Shown: piece after piece, positions 30,007-42,100 of the stretch | How positions within the stretch are numbered: the first letter of the stretch is position 1 | How the letters are laid out: every line of letters begins with the position of its first letter | DNA from: an uncultured Prevotella sp. | Lineage (GTDB): Bacteria; Bacteroidota; Bacteroidia; Bacteroidales; Bacteroidaceae | NCBI GenBank assembly: GCA_900314195.1 | Contig: OMUH01000021.1 | Coordinates: 457 to 64,456, forward strand | Direction: 5' to 3' | DNA: 64,000 bases | Notes under the pieces: generated by a model | Databases searched by the model: none | What the model was told of the DNA's origin: nothing | The model's input: only the letters and a program-made list of their open reading frames with translations | Program-made: the position numbers and the translations under genes

Positions 30007-30264
30007 CAGCCGGCGCGGAAGCGGAGAAGTAACTGCCGCGGAAAGTTACATTTTGAATAATTAAACCCGTTAAAATTTCACAGTACGCCAAAAAATGTCT
30101 ATTTTTGCACGTCTATATGTGTCGGAATTGTCATATATACAAGATTTTATCAAAGACGATGCATTAAGACAATACATAAAAATGATGCATTAAGCAATGC
30201 ATAATAAAACACTTGGCGCGCTTTTACATTGACGCAACAAATAAATTAACAACAATAACAAAAA

Positions 30265-33200
30265 ATGCAAAACAAAGGATTAGTAATTACTATCGCCGTC
30301 TTACTGACGCTTGCAAGCATTTTCTACCTGTCGTTCGGAGTGGCCACAAGCTACTACGACAGTCAGGCAGCCAAGATTAAAGATCCGATAGAACAGCAGA
30401 ACTATAAGGACTCTGTGAAATATCTGGGTGTTTATTCTTACCAGAATTGCTTGGAGACGCAGATCGGTCTCGGACTTGACTTGAAGGGCGGTATGAACGT
30501 GGTGCTTGAAATCTCTGTGCCGGATGTTGTGGAGACACTCGCCGACCATAAGACTGACATGGCGTTCACAAAGTCCATGAGTGAGGCAAGAGCCAAAGAG
30601 GAAGCACAGGGCGGTGACTTCATTACTCTTTTCATTGACGCTTATCATAAGAATGCTCCGGGGCACAGGCTCGCTGAGGTGTTCGCCACACAGCAGCTGC
30701 AGGGCAAGGTGTCGCCGCAGAGCTCAGACGGAGAGGTGGAGAAGGCACTGCGCACAGAGGTGCAGGCTGCCATCGACAACTCGTTCAACGTTGTACGCAC
30801 GCGTATAGACAAGTTCGGCGTCGTGCAGCCGAACATTCAGAAGCTTGAAGGACAGCAGGGACGCATCATGGTTGAGATGCCGGGTGTGAACCAGCCGGAG
30901 AGAGTGAGAAAGCTGCTGCAGGGCAGTGCTAATCTGGAATTTTGGGAGACATATAATGCCGAGGAGATTATTCCGTATCTTCAGCAGCTTGACGCACAGG
31001 CTGCCAACGGTGGCGTGAAAGAAACGGCAGCCGCTGACTCTGCCAAGAACGGCAAGAAAACAGCCGCAAAGGTCGTGAAGACAAACAAAAAGGCCAGGCT
31101 GACCATTAACAAGAATGGCAGTGAGGGCGAGGCAGCAGCCAAAGAGGCTGACGCCGCTGCCGTCAAGGCGCATCCTCTGCTCTCACGTCTGCAGCCCACC
31201 GGACAGGGATCGCTTGCTCTTGTGGGGTATGCCAATGCACGCGATACTGCCGCCATCAACAGAATTATATATTCGCAGCAGGCCAAGACTGTGCTGCCGT
31301 CTGACCTGAAGCTGCTGTGGAGCGCAAAGCCGGCACAGCTGCAGAATGCTAAGAACATATTTGAGCTGTATGCCCTTAAGGTGACAACGCCGACAGGACA
31401 GGCACCGCTGCAGGGCGATGTGATTACTGATGCCAAGGATGAGTTTGACCAGTTCAACCAGCCGGTGGTGAGCATGACGATGAACACAGAGGGCTCACGC
31501 ACATGGGCGCAGATGACAAAGGCAAACGTTGGCAAGGCTATTGCCATCGTGCTGGACGGAGTCGTTTACTCGGCACCGCGCGTGAATGGCGAGATTGACG
31601 GGGGCAACTCGCAGATATCTGGTAACTTCACTATTGAGGAGACGAAAGACCTTGCCAACACACTGAAGTCGGGACGTATGCCGGCTCCGGCACGCATCGT
31701 GCAGGAAGAGGTGGTAGGACCGACGCTCGGCGCACAGTCCATTCAGCAGGGACTGATCTCTTTCGTTGTGGCCTTCGTAATCCTGATGATTTACATGATG
31801 TGCATGTATAACTTCATACCGGGTATGATGGCTAACTGTGCACTTATTGCCAACGTGTTCTTCACGTTCGGAATACTGACGTCGTTCCAGGCTGCGCTGA
31901 CATTGCCGGGTCTGGCAGGTATCGTGCTGTCGCTGGGTACGGCCGTCGACGCCAACGTGCTGATATATGAGCGCATAAAAGAGGAGCTGCGCGGCGACAA
32001 GGGTATGAAACAGGCTGTAGAGGCTGGTTACAAGAACGCCTTCTCGGCCATCTTCGACTCTAACCTCACTTCACTGCTGACAGGTGTCATCCTGCTCTTT
32101 ACGGGTACGGGTCCTATCCGCGGTTTCGCCACGACATGGATTATCGGTATCGTCGTGTCATTCTTCACTGCTGTGTTCCTGACACGTCTTGTATATGAGC
32201 ACAAGCTGTCGAAAGACAAGTGGCTGCATCTTAACTTCACCACTTCTATATCAAAGAACCTGATACAGAACACGCATTTCCAGTTCATGGATATTGCCAA
32301 GAAGACTGCTGTGGTGACTGTTATTGCCCTGGCAGTGTTTGTTGTCAGCCTGTGTGTGCGCGGACTGAGCAGAAGCATTGATTTCACCGGTGGCCGCAAC
32401 TATGTGGTGCAGTTTGAGAAGCCTGTTGAGCCTGAGACAATACGTCAGGTGCTCGGTGATGCTTTCGTGAACAAGGACGGCTCAAAGGCTACGACAACGG
32501 CTATCGCCATCGGCACGAGCGGCAACACTATTCGTGTATCTACAAACTATATGATAGAAAGCAATGATCCGACCATCGACGATCAGGCTGAGACTATAAT
32601 GTACAAGGCTCTGAAGAATGCCGGCCTCGTGTCGCAGAAGAGCGTGGAGGCTTTCAAGAACCCGGATATCCGTCAGGGCGGTTCTATCATAACAAGTTCG
32701 AAGGTTGGTCCGGCTGTGGCAAAGAACATCACTCAGGAGGCTTTCATCTCTGTGGCACTCGCACTGATTGGCATCTTCCTGTACATATTGCTGCGGTTCC
32801 GCAACGTGGCCTTCTCAGTGGGCTCTATAACGGCACTGGCCATAGACGCGTTTACTGTTATCGGCTTCTATTCGCTCTGCTGGGGATGGATAGGATTCTC
32901 GCTGGAGATTGACCAGACGTTCATAGGCGCCATACTGACAGTGATAGGTTATTCCATCAACGATAAGGTGGTTGTCTTCGACCGTATACGTGAGAATATG
33001 CACAAGCATCCTAACTATAACAAGAAGGAACTGTTTAACATGTCTATAAACGAAACGCTCGCTCGTACTGTTAACACGTCGTTCTCTACGCTCATCGTGC
33101 TGCTTGCCATCTTTATCTTCGGTGGTGACAGCATCAGAAGCTTTGCTTTCGCGATGATTCTCGGCGTTGTGTTCGGTACGCTGTCGTCTATATTCGTTGC

Positions 33201-33276
33201 ATCGCCGGTGGCTTACTGGTTCTTCAACCGTAGTGAGAACAAGGCTGGCAAGACTGCTGTTGCTGCGAAAGCGTAA
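30265..33276 (+). CDS. secDF: Protein translocase subunit SecDF
   Basis: GLGLDLKGG, RIDKFGVVQPNIQ, AVDANVLIYERIKEE, IDFTGG, GYSINDKVVVFDRIRE. Confidence 0.97.
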   Translation: MQNKGLVITIAVLLTLASIFYLSFGVATSYYDSQAAKIKDPIEQQNYKDSVKYLGVYSYQNCLETQIGLGLDLKGGMNVVLEISVPDVVETLADHKTDMAFTKSMSEARAKEEAQGGDFITLFIDAYHKNAPGHRLAEVFATQQLQGKVSPQSSDGEVEKALRTEVQAAIDNSFNVVRTRIDKFGVVQPNIQKLEGQQGRIMVEMPGVNQPERVRKLLQGSANLEFWETYNAEEIIPYLQQLDAQAANGGVKETAAADSAKNGKKTAAKVVKTNKKARLTINKNGSEGEAAAKEADAAAVKAHPLLSRLQPTGQGSLALVGYANARDTAAINRIIYSQQAKTVLPSDLKLLWSAKPAQLQNAKNIFELYALKVTTPTGQAPLQGDVITDAKDEFDQFNQPVVSMTMNTEGSRTWAQMTKANVGKAIAIVLDGVVYSAPRVNGEIDGGNSQISGNFTIEETKDLANTLKSGRMPAPARIVQEEVVGPTLGAQSIQQGLISFVVAFVILMIYMMCMYNFIPGMMANCALIANVFFTFGILTSFQAALTLPGLAGIVLSLGTAVDANVLIYERIKEELRGDKGMKQAVEAGYKNAFSAIFDSNLTSLLTGVILLFTGTGPIRGFATTWIIGIVVSFFTAVFLTRLVYEHKLSKDKWLHLNFTTSISKNLIQNTHFQFMDIAKKTAVVTVIALAVFVVSLCVRGLSRSIDFTGGRNYVVQFEKPVEPETIRQVLGDAFVNKDGSKATTTAIAIGTSGNTIRVSTNYMIESNDPTIDDQAETIMYKALKNAGLVSQKSVEAFKNPDIRQGGSIITSSKVGPAVAKNITQEAFISVALALIGIFLYILLRFRNVAFSVGSITALAIDAFTVIGFYSLCWGWIGFSLEIDQTFIGAILTVIGYSINDKVVVFDRIRENMHKHPNYNKKELFNMSINETLARTVNTSFSTLIVLLAIFIFGGDSIRSFAFAMILGVVFGTLSSIFVASPVAYWFFNRSENKAGKTAVAAKA

Positions 33277-33296
33277 GTTGACGGTTACACATTATT

Positions 33297-33352
33297 TATA
33301 TTATAACGCATATATTATAACGCATATATTATAACGCATATATTATAACGCA
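33297..33352. repeat. Tandem repeat (TATATTATAACGCA)x4
   Basis: Four 14-bp copies; the last runs into the terminator stem. Confidence 0.92.
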
Positions 33353-33391
33353 AAAAGGCTTCGGACAATTTGTCCGAAGCCTTTTTGCGTT
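33347..33391. terminator. Bidirectional intrinsic terminator
   Basis: AACGCAAAAAGGCTTCGGACA-ATT-TGTCCGAAGCCTTTTTGCGTT perfect inverted repeat. Confidence 0.88.
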
Positions 33392-33464
33392 GTTTACGTT
33401 ATTGAAAAGCCTTTTGCGTATATGTTTCTTGGCTGAGCCTTCAGCTATTTATGATCGCTGCTTG

Positions 33465-34250
33465 CTATATTCTTTTTTCTATTGTTTTGTAGAACTGCTC
33501 AATAATGTCAAGCATGTCATCGGGCAGGTATGAGCAGGCCTGTGAGATTATGTTTTTCGGTATGTCATAGTAGGCCTCGGCAATGGCACCCGCTATATCA
33601 GCCTTTGTGTCGGTATCACCGTCAGCCATTACGGCGATGCGTACGGCATCTTCGAAGCTGTTGCTCTCAAGGAAACAGCGGATGGCCCATGGCACGGTTT
33701 CCTGGCAGGTGGCATCGAAATGGCCGAGGGCGCCAATACGGTTTATATCCTCGAGTGACGGGATGTCGTAATTCCATGTCTTCTTTACAGTATATTCAAT
33801 CTCGTCTTTGTTGATGCGGCATGTGCGAAGCCAGTATATTAGCGTGGCCACACACTCGGCACCGTCGATGCCCTCGATGCTGTTATGGGTGGGCTCGGCA
33901 CTGGCGCGTGCCTCACGCAGCACTTCATGATAGTCGTTGAACAGCCAGCCTACGGGACTGACGCGCATGGCTGACCCGTTGCCGTAGCTGCCGTAGGGCT
34001 CCGGGTCGTCGCTCGACAGCCAGTCGCTGAAACGGCCGCCGTAGCTGGAAGGGTAGCGGCGCCCCCAATCGAGAAGGGATTCCTTATAACTACGGCCGTT
34101 GAGAATGGCATCCGCAATGGCTACGGTAAGTATGGTGTCATCAGTATAGCCACAATCCTTATCGTCTGTGAACAGCTTGAAATCAGGCTCCGGCGCCGGA
34201 CCGAACTCAAAGCGTGAGCCTGCTATGTCGCCGATAATTGCTCCAATCAT
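33465..34250 (-). CDS. ADP-ribosylglycohydrolase family protein
   Basis: GAIIGDIAGS, YTDDT, GNGSAMRVSP, GDTDT. Confidence 0.92.
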   Translation of the reverse strand: MIGAIIGDIAGSRFEFGPAPEPDFKLFTDDKDCGYTDDTILTVAIADAILNGRSYKESLLDWGRRYPSSYGGRFSDWLSSDDPEPYGSYGNGSAMRVSPVGWLFNDYHEVLREARASAEPTHNSIEGIDGAECVATLIYWLRTCRINKDEIEYTVKKTWNYDIPSLEDINRIGALGHFDATCQETVPWAIRCFLESNSFEDAVRIAVMADGDTDTKADIAGAIAEAYYDIPKNIISQACSYLPDDMLDIIEQFYKTIEKRI

Positions 34251-34440
34251 AATTCTTGTATATTATCCGTGTGTATTATCCGTGTATATTATATAATGTG
34301 TATTTGAGGCTTTTAAAAGGTAATTCGGTAATAATTAAGTGTGTAATAATTAAGTGTGTAATAATATAATGTGGACAGTTGCCGGGCTGCAAAAACAAAT
34401 AAAGCCAAGATACGACCGCAATCCTACCTTAGCTCCATCG

Positions 34441-34512
34441 TACTCCGACCGGGAATCGAACCCGGATCAAAGGTTTAGGAAACCTCCGTTCTATCCATTG
34501 AACTATCAGAGC
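34441..34512 (-). tRNA. tRNA-Arg(CCT)
   Basis: Cloverleaf GCTCTGA...TCGGAGT, anticodon loop TTCCTAA, GGTTCGATTCC T-arm; TACCTTTG promoter upstream on the minus strand. Confidence 0.93.
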
Positions 34513-34969
34513 TTAAATCTTTATTTGCAAAGGTACGATTTATTATTCAGCTGTCAAAAAAATATATTTCTTTTTTTTGCCGCAGATTATCCGGCAAATA
34601 TGCGAATGCTTCTTTATAAGTAAAAGACGACAGTTATATTTGACCCTGCACGTTGGTCAACATGAGAAGCGATTCTTTTAAAATATGAAGCAAGTACAAA
34701 TATAAAAATTCCGCTGAACGGTTACTCGATAAAAATCAATTATCAATAGCTGTTAAATCAATTTTTAAAGTGTTTTCTTCAGTATTTTTACTTATGTGTT
34801 TGAAATTGTTAATTTACTTCCTTTTTATAGATATAACAAACGATTTTTAAATCAATGAGTATCTGTTGATACTTGTTTTACGTCATTTTTGTTACCTTAA
34901 ATAAAAAAAAAACTTATAACATTCTTTACTTAAAGGAAATAATTGTAATTTTGCAGTGAATTATATATA

Positions 34970-36130
34970 ATGAAACCATTTTTTATGAAAAATTGGAATA
35001 GGTTAGCATTGATTGTGGCATTGGCTGCGGTTTTCCTGATCAGAGGCAATAAGGGCTTCGCTCAGGGAAAGATGCTCTATTACAACACTGTTGACTCGCT
35101 TTCGTTCGGGCAGCGTTTCAGCCTTAGAACGAATCTTGCCAGCTGGGTAGAGCTGACGCCTAACTTCGGAGTGGAATTCACTTTGGGAGCAAGAAACTGG
35201 AGCCGGTGGACACTTGGTCTTTACGGAAGAGCAAACTGGAAGACGAAACTCCAGCAGGACGCACCGTATAATGTTTATGACATGTATGACGCGCGTCTGC
35301 AATTGCGTAAATACTGGCATGAGCGTGACCCGAAAAATACCGGCAAGAAAGTGCGCCGCTCTTTCTATTGGGGCGTGTATGCCGGTGTGAACAAATTTGA
35401 CGTAAAATTTGGTTATCAGGGTTACAGAGGCAATGGTTATATCGGCGGTCTTATGGTCGGCACCATTCAGCAGCTGTACGGATATAAAAACGGTGCGAGC
35501 CTTGACCTTGACCTCGGACTGAACGGTGGTGTGCTCTTTGCAAGCAAGATGGAGACATATCACCGCGAGCATACTGCCGACAGGCTCAATACTAGTTATG
35601 TAGTTGATAAAACGGAGAACAATACGCTGGTGACGAAAACATTGCCGATGCTTGCATCAATGGATGTGCTGCACGTCGGACTGGTTTACCACTTCGGTAC
35701 TATCGTTGCCAACAGATATAAGAGACGTATAGATATTGATGATGCTTACCGTATCCTGCTGGCTGAAAAGAAGATGCGCCTCGACAGTCTCGAGCGTGTT
35801 CACAGAAAGCAGAAGGCTGCAAGAAGAGACTCTCTTGCTGAGGTTTCTTATGAGAAGCGTTTCGAATCTCAGAGAAAGGATATCGAGGAAGAGTATCAGA
35901 GGCGTGAGGCTGAGCTTATCAAACAGCGTGAGCAGTTCCTGAAAGAAGAGAAGGAAGCTGAAGAGAGAAAGAAGAGAGCGGAAGAAAAGGCTAAGGCTGA
36001 GGCAGAGGAAAAAGCTGCCAAGGCAAAGGCTGACGAAGAAGAGGCACAGCGCAAGGCTGAAGACGCTAAGAAAAAAGCTGAACAGCGCGCTGCTGCCAGA
36101 GCCGCTGCTGCCAATAAAAAGAAAAAGTAA
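34970..36130 (+). CDS. DUF3575-like outer-membrane barrel with long E/K/A-rich coiled-coil tail
   Basis: FSLRTNLASW..LTPNFGVEF and LQLRKYW motifs; TolA-like tail; TAATTTTG promoter at 34946-34953. The start may be 34985. Confidence 0.72.
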   Translation: MKPFFMKNWNRLALIVALAAVFLIRGNKGFAQGKMLYYNTVDSLSFGQRFSLRTNLASWVELTPNFGVEFTLGARNWSRWTLGLYGRANWKTKLQQDAPYNVYDMYDARLQLRKYWHERDPKNTGKKVRRSFYWGVYAGVNKFDVKFGYQGYRGNGYIGGLMVGTIQQLYGYKNGASLDLDLGLNGGVLFASKMETYHREHTADRLNTSYVVDKTENNTLVTKTLPMLASMDVLHVGLVYHFGTIVANRYKRRIDIDDAYRILLAEKKMRLDSLERVHRKQKAARRDSLAEVSYEKRFESQRKDIEEEYQRREAELIKQREQFLKEEKEAEERKKRAEEKAKAEAEEKAAKAKADEEEAQRKAEDAKKKAEQRAAARAAAANKKKK

Positions 36131-36142
36131 AGAAGATAAGAC

Positions 36143-36664
36143 ATGAAGAAGATTATCATATTGCTTTTGGCGTTGCTTCCGGCACTGACAATGAAGGCGC
36201 AGATGCTGGCTGTACATACCGATGTGGCGGCGTTGGCTCTACAGACATACAACCTGGGTGCTGAGATGAACATCAACAACCGTTCAACGCTTAATCTTGA
36301 CGTGATGCATACGGATAACCCGTATTGGGCCGGGAGTGCGACAGGTATTACTATCGTTCAGCCGGAGCTAAGATATTATTTTGGCGGACGTCCTATGTAT
36401 CACCACTTTATGGGCGTAAGCCTATTGGCTGCAAACTATAAGCTTAACTGGAAGGATATAAGGCATAAAGGTATAGCAGCCGGTGCCGGTCTGACTTTGG
36501 GTTATGTGTTCGCACTCGGACATAACTTTACTATTGACGCTCATACCGGAATCGGTATAATCGTCAATCATGACAGAGAGAGAGATTTCACTGGTAAGAA
36601 CAAGTGGGGGTATTACATTGCCCCTACGAAGGTCGGTATCACGTTGTCATATATTATCAGGTAA
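36143..36664 (+). CDS. DUF3575-like small beta-barrel protein
   Basis: Signal peptide; TYNLGAE, VQPELRYYF, APTKVGITLSYII. Confidence 0.8.
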   Translation: MKKIIILLLALLPALTMKAQMLAVHTDVAALALQTYNLGAEMNINNRSTLNLDVMHTDNPYWAGSATGITIVQPELRYYFGGRPMYHHFMGVSLLAANYKLNWKDIRHKGIAAGAGLTLGYVFALGHNFTIDAHTGIGIIVNHDRERDFTGKNKWGYYIAPTKVGITLSYIIR

Positions 36665-36667
36665 CAA

Positions 36668-39187
36668 ATGAAAAAGGTTTTAAGATATTTTCTCCTATTC
36701 CTCTTGATGGTGTTGGCTGTGCCGGCCTCGGCACAGGTGATGCACATCACGGGTTCCGTGTATAGGAACATGAGGAACATGCAGGGAAACGGCACTAACA
36801 GAATGCCGTTGTCTGTAACCGTGTATGTCTTTGATAATGTGAAGGATGCACAGAAACAGGTTACCAAGTACCGTGCTTCTATACGTGAACTCGGATCTAC
36901 GTTTAACTTTGAAAGTAATGATCAGGTAAAGCCTGACTATGAAGGTCATTTCGAGGCTGACGTGAACGGTCATGGTGCACTGGTAGTTGTGGATGAGCAT
37001 GATGTAAAACTCGTTCCTATCACTTCGAAGTTGAACTATGACATCGGTTTTACTGCAAGTGATCAGGGTATTCTTCTGCAGCAGGTCAACAAAACGGCAC
37101 AGCGTGTCGGTGTTAACCTCAAGGAACTGCCGCCTATTGACGATGGTCCGTCGCTGCACTGGAACGTCAGTCTTGGTTTGCCACCTTATTATATGACCAA
37201 GCACAGAAGAATGATTTTCCAGCCTGTGGCCATTGACTGTCAGACGGAAGATACTCTTCAATATCTTGAGCCGGTTGTCATTGAAGGTGACAGGTATCAT
37301 CAGAATCAGATAAAGAGAAAATCTTTCGATTATAACAGAAATGATTCTCTGCATCAGTATTACAGGCCGGATACTATCCCTGATGATGCATACTTTAACT
37401 TTAACTGGGAATCTACTTATGCAAAGCCGGATCCGGATAAGAGCTATAAGTGGGGAAGTACGCTTGTAATAGAGGATTACACTCATATCGTGTTCAAGGA
37501 TCCTGATCACCAGGGTACTTGTAACAGCCGTAAGCCGTGGAAGTTATTGGATGTATCCATGGCTAAGAAAGATATAGATCTTAATCCTGACTATTATGAG
37601 CTTGCGCGTGCAAAACTCCGTTCTGTGCCACGTGACCTGCAGCTTACTTTCGTTGTAGGACAGGATGTTCTTACCAATGACTCTACCAACCAGATTCAGT
37701 TGAAGCAGTTCATTGAGGAGCTTCGCTCGTACGGTCGGTCGCTGATGAACTTAACGGTTCAAGGTACGGCATCTCCTGAAGGTAGTGTTGACTACAACAC
37801 AAAACTGGCTAACCGCCGTGCTCGTAAGGCTCTTTCTATTATAGGTTCAAGCATTTCGTCGGCAGGTCTTTCCGTTAAGGACTCGAAAGTGTATACTTGG
37901 GATGATGTTGCTGACTCGCTGGAACAGAGAGGACAAAAACTGGAGGCCGCTGAACTGAGAAGCTATTCCAAGGCTAATGACAAGGCAAGCATAGGACGTA
38001 TGATGGTCGCTAATCCTACTATTAAGGAGATTATGCAGAACCAACGTTTGATGAAATGTTCTTATACCATCCGATTAAATAAGGTGCTGGATCCTAAGGA
38101 GGCTGTTTGGGCATACTATAATGATCCAGAGTATAAGAAAGGTGGAAGCAACACATTCTCTAACGGTGACTACTATAACTTGTTCAGGGAAATCAAGGAT
38201 TCTGCTGAATTGAGAAAACTTACCTTCCGTGCCTATAATGAAAATAAGGTGAGAAAGACTATGAAGTATTCTCCGTTCGCAGCTTACCTTGCTAACCGTG
38301 TGGCTTGTTACGCTATTGATGCTGACAGCGCGGATGACAAGATTCTTGCTCCGTTCATTGATTTCAGAAGTGGTCTGAATGTTCAGAGACCTATTTCGTT
38401 CGATAACTCTTATATGTATACTGTTAACCGCACGGAATTGGTGGCCAACCAGGCTATAATGTATTTTAAGGAGAATAAGCTCGCGGAGGCTTCGTTCCTT
38501 GCAGCTAAGCTCCCGAATACTGATGAGTATCGTGACATCAAGATGTTTACTGACCTTGAGACACTTTACTTTAAGCAGCCTAAGACACCGGAAGAAGAGC
38601 AGCGTGCCAATACGGCGTTTATTTACGTGATGAATTCCAATCCGTCGAACAACGCTGTGTTGAACTTTGAGCTTGCTCCGGAGCTCGGACATACTTTTGA
38701 TGATGTTAAACCGCTTGTCGACTCTTTGTCTGATGATAATCCGCGTAAGTGGTATATGCTTGGTGTTATTGCTGCTGCATCACCGAGCGTGCAGGAAGAT
38801 AACTTTATGGAACTCGTTGCCAAGTATGGCGCCGAGGAGGCTCTGAAGATGCAGGAAGATCCTACACCTGAACACCTTGCTTATTTCCAGCATAGCTTTG
38901 ATATGGTTCCGAAGTATAAGACTTATTATATGACAGATGCCAATATTGACGATGCTGTCAGAAAGAAGTATCCGTATGATGAGAAAAAGGCTGATACTTA
39001 CCGTAGTAAGTTCAACAGCATTATGGCTCGCAAGAAACAGCAACAACAGGATGCTGCCGCTGAGGATGCTGCCAATGCTGCTGCGGAGAAAGCTAATCAG
39101 TCTTCACCTGAGACATCCGGCAGCACTGGCAATGGTGCTCAGACTGAGGAATCTCAGAGTACAGAACAACAAGATAACAAAGAATAA
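36668..39187 (+). CDS. Large exported protein with OmpA-like peptidoglycan-binding motif
   Basis: Signal peptide; VQGTASPEGSVDYNTKLANRRA; helical C-terminal half; low-complexity tail. Confidence 0.75.
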   Translation: MKKVLRYFLLFLLMVLAVPASAQVMHITGSVYRNMRNMQGNGTNRMPLSVTVYVFDNVKDAQKQVTKYRASIRELGSTFNFESNDQVKPDYEGHFEADVNGHGALVVVDEHDVKLVPITSKLNYDIGFTASDQGILLQQVNKTAQRVGVNLKELPPIDDGPSLHWNVSLGLPPYYMTKHRRMIFQPVAIDCQTEDTLQYLEPVVIEGDRYHQNQIKRKSFDYNRNDSLHQYYRPDTIPDDAYFNFNWESTYAKPDPDKSYKWGSTLVIEDYTHIVFKDPDHQGTCNSRKPWKLLDVSMAKKDIDLNPDYYELARAKLRSVPRDLQLTFVVGQDVLTNDSTNQIQLKQFIEELRSYGRSLMNLTVQGTASPEGSVDYNTKLANRRARKALSIIGSSISSAGLSVKDSKVYTWDDVADSLEQRGQKLEAAELRSYSKANDKASIGRMMVANPTIKEIMQNQRLMKCSYTIRLNKVLDPKEAVWAYYNDPEYKKGGSNTFSNGDYYNLFREIKDSAELRKLTFRAYNENKVRKTMKYSPFAAYLANRVACYAIDADSADDKILAPFIDFRSGLNVQRPISFDNSYMYTVNRTELVANQAIMYFKENKLAEASFLAAKLPNTDEYRDIKMFTDLETLYFKQPKTPEEEQRANTAFIYVMNSNPSNNAVLNFELAPELGHTFDDVKPLVDSLSDDNPRKWYMLGVIAAASPSVQEDNFMELVAKYGAEEALKMQEDPTPEHLAYFQHSFDMVPKYKTYYMTDANIDDAVRKKYPYDEKKADTYRSKFNSIMARKKQQQQDAAAEDAANAAAEKANQSSPETSGSTGNGAQTEESQSTEQQDNKE

Positions 39188-39192
39188 CGTTG

Positions 39193-42100
39193 ATGATGGA
39201 TAAGAAAATATTCGTTACATTTCTGATTGCATTATCGGTTTCGGGGGCTCGTGCGCGCTCGGTATCGTCGTTCACGCAGGTGAATGATACCATCGCGCGT
39301 GACTTAAGCGACTTGGAGGCCCAACTGCAAGATAGTGTCATACCTACGGATGTGGACACTAACTATTATGGTGTAGCCCGTCAGCGCAACTTCAATGCTT
39401 TGAAGTATGTTCTTGATGGTCGTCATCGTTATCCTGGTGACAATTTTAAAAACCGTAGTTTCTGGGATCATTCATATCTTGAGCTGGGTGCATACGGCAG
39501 CTCCTACCGTAATAATGGTGCCTATAAGATTACTCCTCTTACCGGTGCTTATCTCAATTTCGGTAAAGAGCTTAGTCCTATGTCGACCATCAGGGTTGGA
39601 CTTGGTGTTGGCGTTTCTTTCTTGAAAGGTATGAAAGATCCTGTTTATACTAACAACTCTGTTCTTTGGACATTCTCGGGTAATGTTGATTATCTGTTTA
39701 ATTTTTCAAATTATCTCTTAGGTTATCGTCCTGATCGTCCTCTTTCTGTAGCCGGAGTTGTTGGTCTGGGCTATGAAAAACTTAATTTCGAAGTTCCTCA
39801 GCTTGGAGGCAGAATTTATGAGGTTGCAGATAAATCTGGAAATGTTTTTAATTTTCATACAGGCCTTCAGTTCCGTTTCTTTGCAGGTTCTCATGGTTTG
39901 ATTGGAATCGAGCCGTATGTTCAGCTGGCTTCTGATAAGCACGATTTGTCTCGTACTTTCCGTAATGACAGGCTGGATTTCTCTTATGGAGCCAAAATAT
40001 CATATATTTACTATTTCAACAGTGTTCTGTCGGAATATGGTGGCAATCTGAGACGTCATTATCTTGACGGACAGCGTTACTTCAGCACTGACTCTGCTTT
40101 CCGTGCTAAGCGTGCGCCTTTCTTCTTTGAATATGAGATTGGTCCGTCTTTCATGAACAATGGTCCGCTTTCTACTTCAGATGCGAAGGGGTACAGTGTG
40201 GCCGGATATATTGGTAAATGGCTTACCAGTGCTATCGGTTTCCGTATGGGTGTTTCCGGTACTAATACCAACTGGCAGCTTTACGGCCAGCGTATGGGTA
40301 TGTATACGCGTGCTGGCATCGCTGTTGATGGTTTGCTGAACCCGTTTGGCTTCACTCGCCATTACAACTGGGATAATCAATTTGGTCTTAACCTCTTGGG
40401 TGGTTATGAGTACGGACGTGTTCGTCTCTCTGAGCTTCCTACAGGTGACATGAATAAAGGTAAGTATATTGGCTACCGTGTTGGTGCTCAGATCTGGACT
40501 AAGATTACAAATGATTTGAGATTCAACATTGAACCTATGTATATTGCTGAGGAAAACTATTACGGCCGTCATGATCATCGTTATCGTTATGATGAGTTCA
40601 CTGTTAAGGCTGGTCTTACGGTTCTCTTCCGTTCAATGATGAAACGTAACCACGTTGAGTTCAATGACAGCTCTTTGGGAAAACTTTATTTCGGTATCGG
40701 ACTTGGTACGAACTCTTCTGTGTATCGTTGGAAATACGACGGTGCTTCAAAGCCTTTCCTGCGTAACGGTTTTGCTTTCCTCGGTTACAAGTTCAACGAT
40801 ATTTCTGCGGCTCGTTTGATGGGTGAATATTTTGAGGATCAGACCCTTACTAAATACCATCACGACCACTACCTTCACATGCGTACAACGGCAATATCTC
40901 TTGACTATGAGTTGAATTTGCTGAATGCAATGTCAGGAGTTAATCCTCGCCGTCGCTGGGGTGTTTCTATTTATGGTGGTCCGAGTTATGCTTTTGGCGG
41001 CTCTAGCGATGATCCGAATGAGTTCGGATTTAACTTGGGCGGTCAGTTGTCTTACAGGATTACTCGTAACCTGTCGCTTTTCTATGCGCACAATGTCTAT
41101 TGGCTTCATAACCGTTATAAGAAATTGTCTGACCAGGCACATTTCTTCTATGGCACAATGGTCAATACCTTTAATCTTGGTATGCTGTTTAACTTCAACA
41201 GCTTCAATCCGGAGGATGGCTATGCGTTTGAGAACGGAAAACCTTTCTTTGTTGAATATGGTTTAGGTATGGGCTCTGTCAGCGGTACTCCTGCAAAAGG
41301 CTCTGATGCTATGGGCACTGTTACCAGCGGTGGCTTAGGCCTTTGGTTTACACCTTACTTAGGTGCGCGCGCTACATTCGAGCTTCAAAAGGGTGGTGCA
41401 TCAAGCGAAGAACTTGAAATCAACGGGCAGAACCATACATTATATAATCAGCTCGGCATGGGCTACGGCAACATAGATGTTTTGATTAATCCTTTCGGAT
41501 TTAAGAGAAACTATAATATGGATGATGCTAAATTTGGTATCAACCTATTTGTCGGTTACCGTAATGGTTATTATGCTCTCGCTGACCATCATGACATGTT
41601 CAAAGGCCAAAAGATGTATTTCGGCGGACTTCATTATGGTGCTCAGTTCTGGACAAAGCTTACACAGGATCTCCGCTTCTTTATTCAGCCTACATTCGCT
41701 CAGCTGGATACGAAGTCGATTTATTACAATCCTGAGACATACGAGCTTTCCAAAGAGCGTAAAGTTGGCTATGAGACTCTTGACCTTGGAAACAATTTCA
41801 CTGTCAAGGCTGGTTTGACTTTGTTCCTTCGTTCTACGAAGAACAGAGAAGATGCTGACGATGAGGACTTGTTTGATCAGCCTTATTTCTATGCCGGTGT
41901 CGGCGGTGGCTGGAACATTCCGCTGCAGAACCGTCATTTCGAGAGCCCGGGCTCAAAGATCAATGGAATTGTCTTCGGTGGTTACAGGTTCAGCCAGTAC
42001 AGCGGTGTACGTGCTTCGTTTGAATTCTTTAATGATGGCATTACTGAGGCTAATATCAATAAGCATTATGATGGACTGCCTTCGTATACGAAGTCTACAT

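Noticed and set aside
34441-34512. tRNA-Arg as the attachment site of an island containing the barrel operon
   Set aside because: The operon lies on the tRNA's 5' side; no integrase or duplicated tRNA 3' end was seen.
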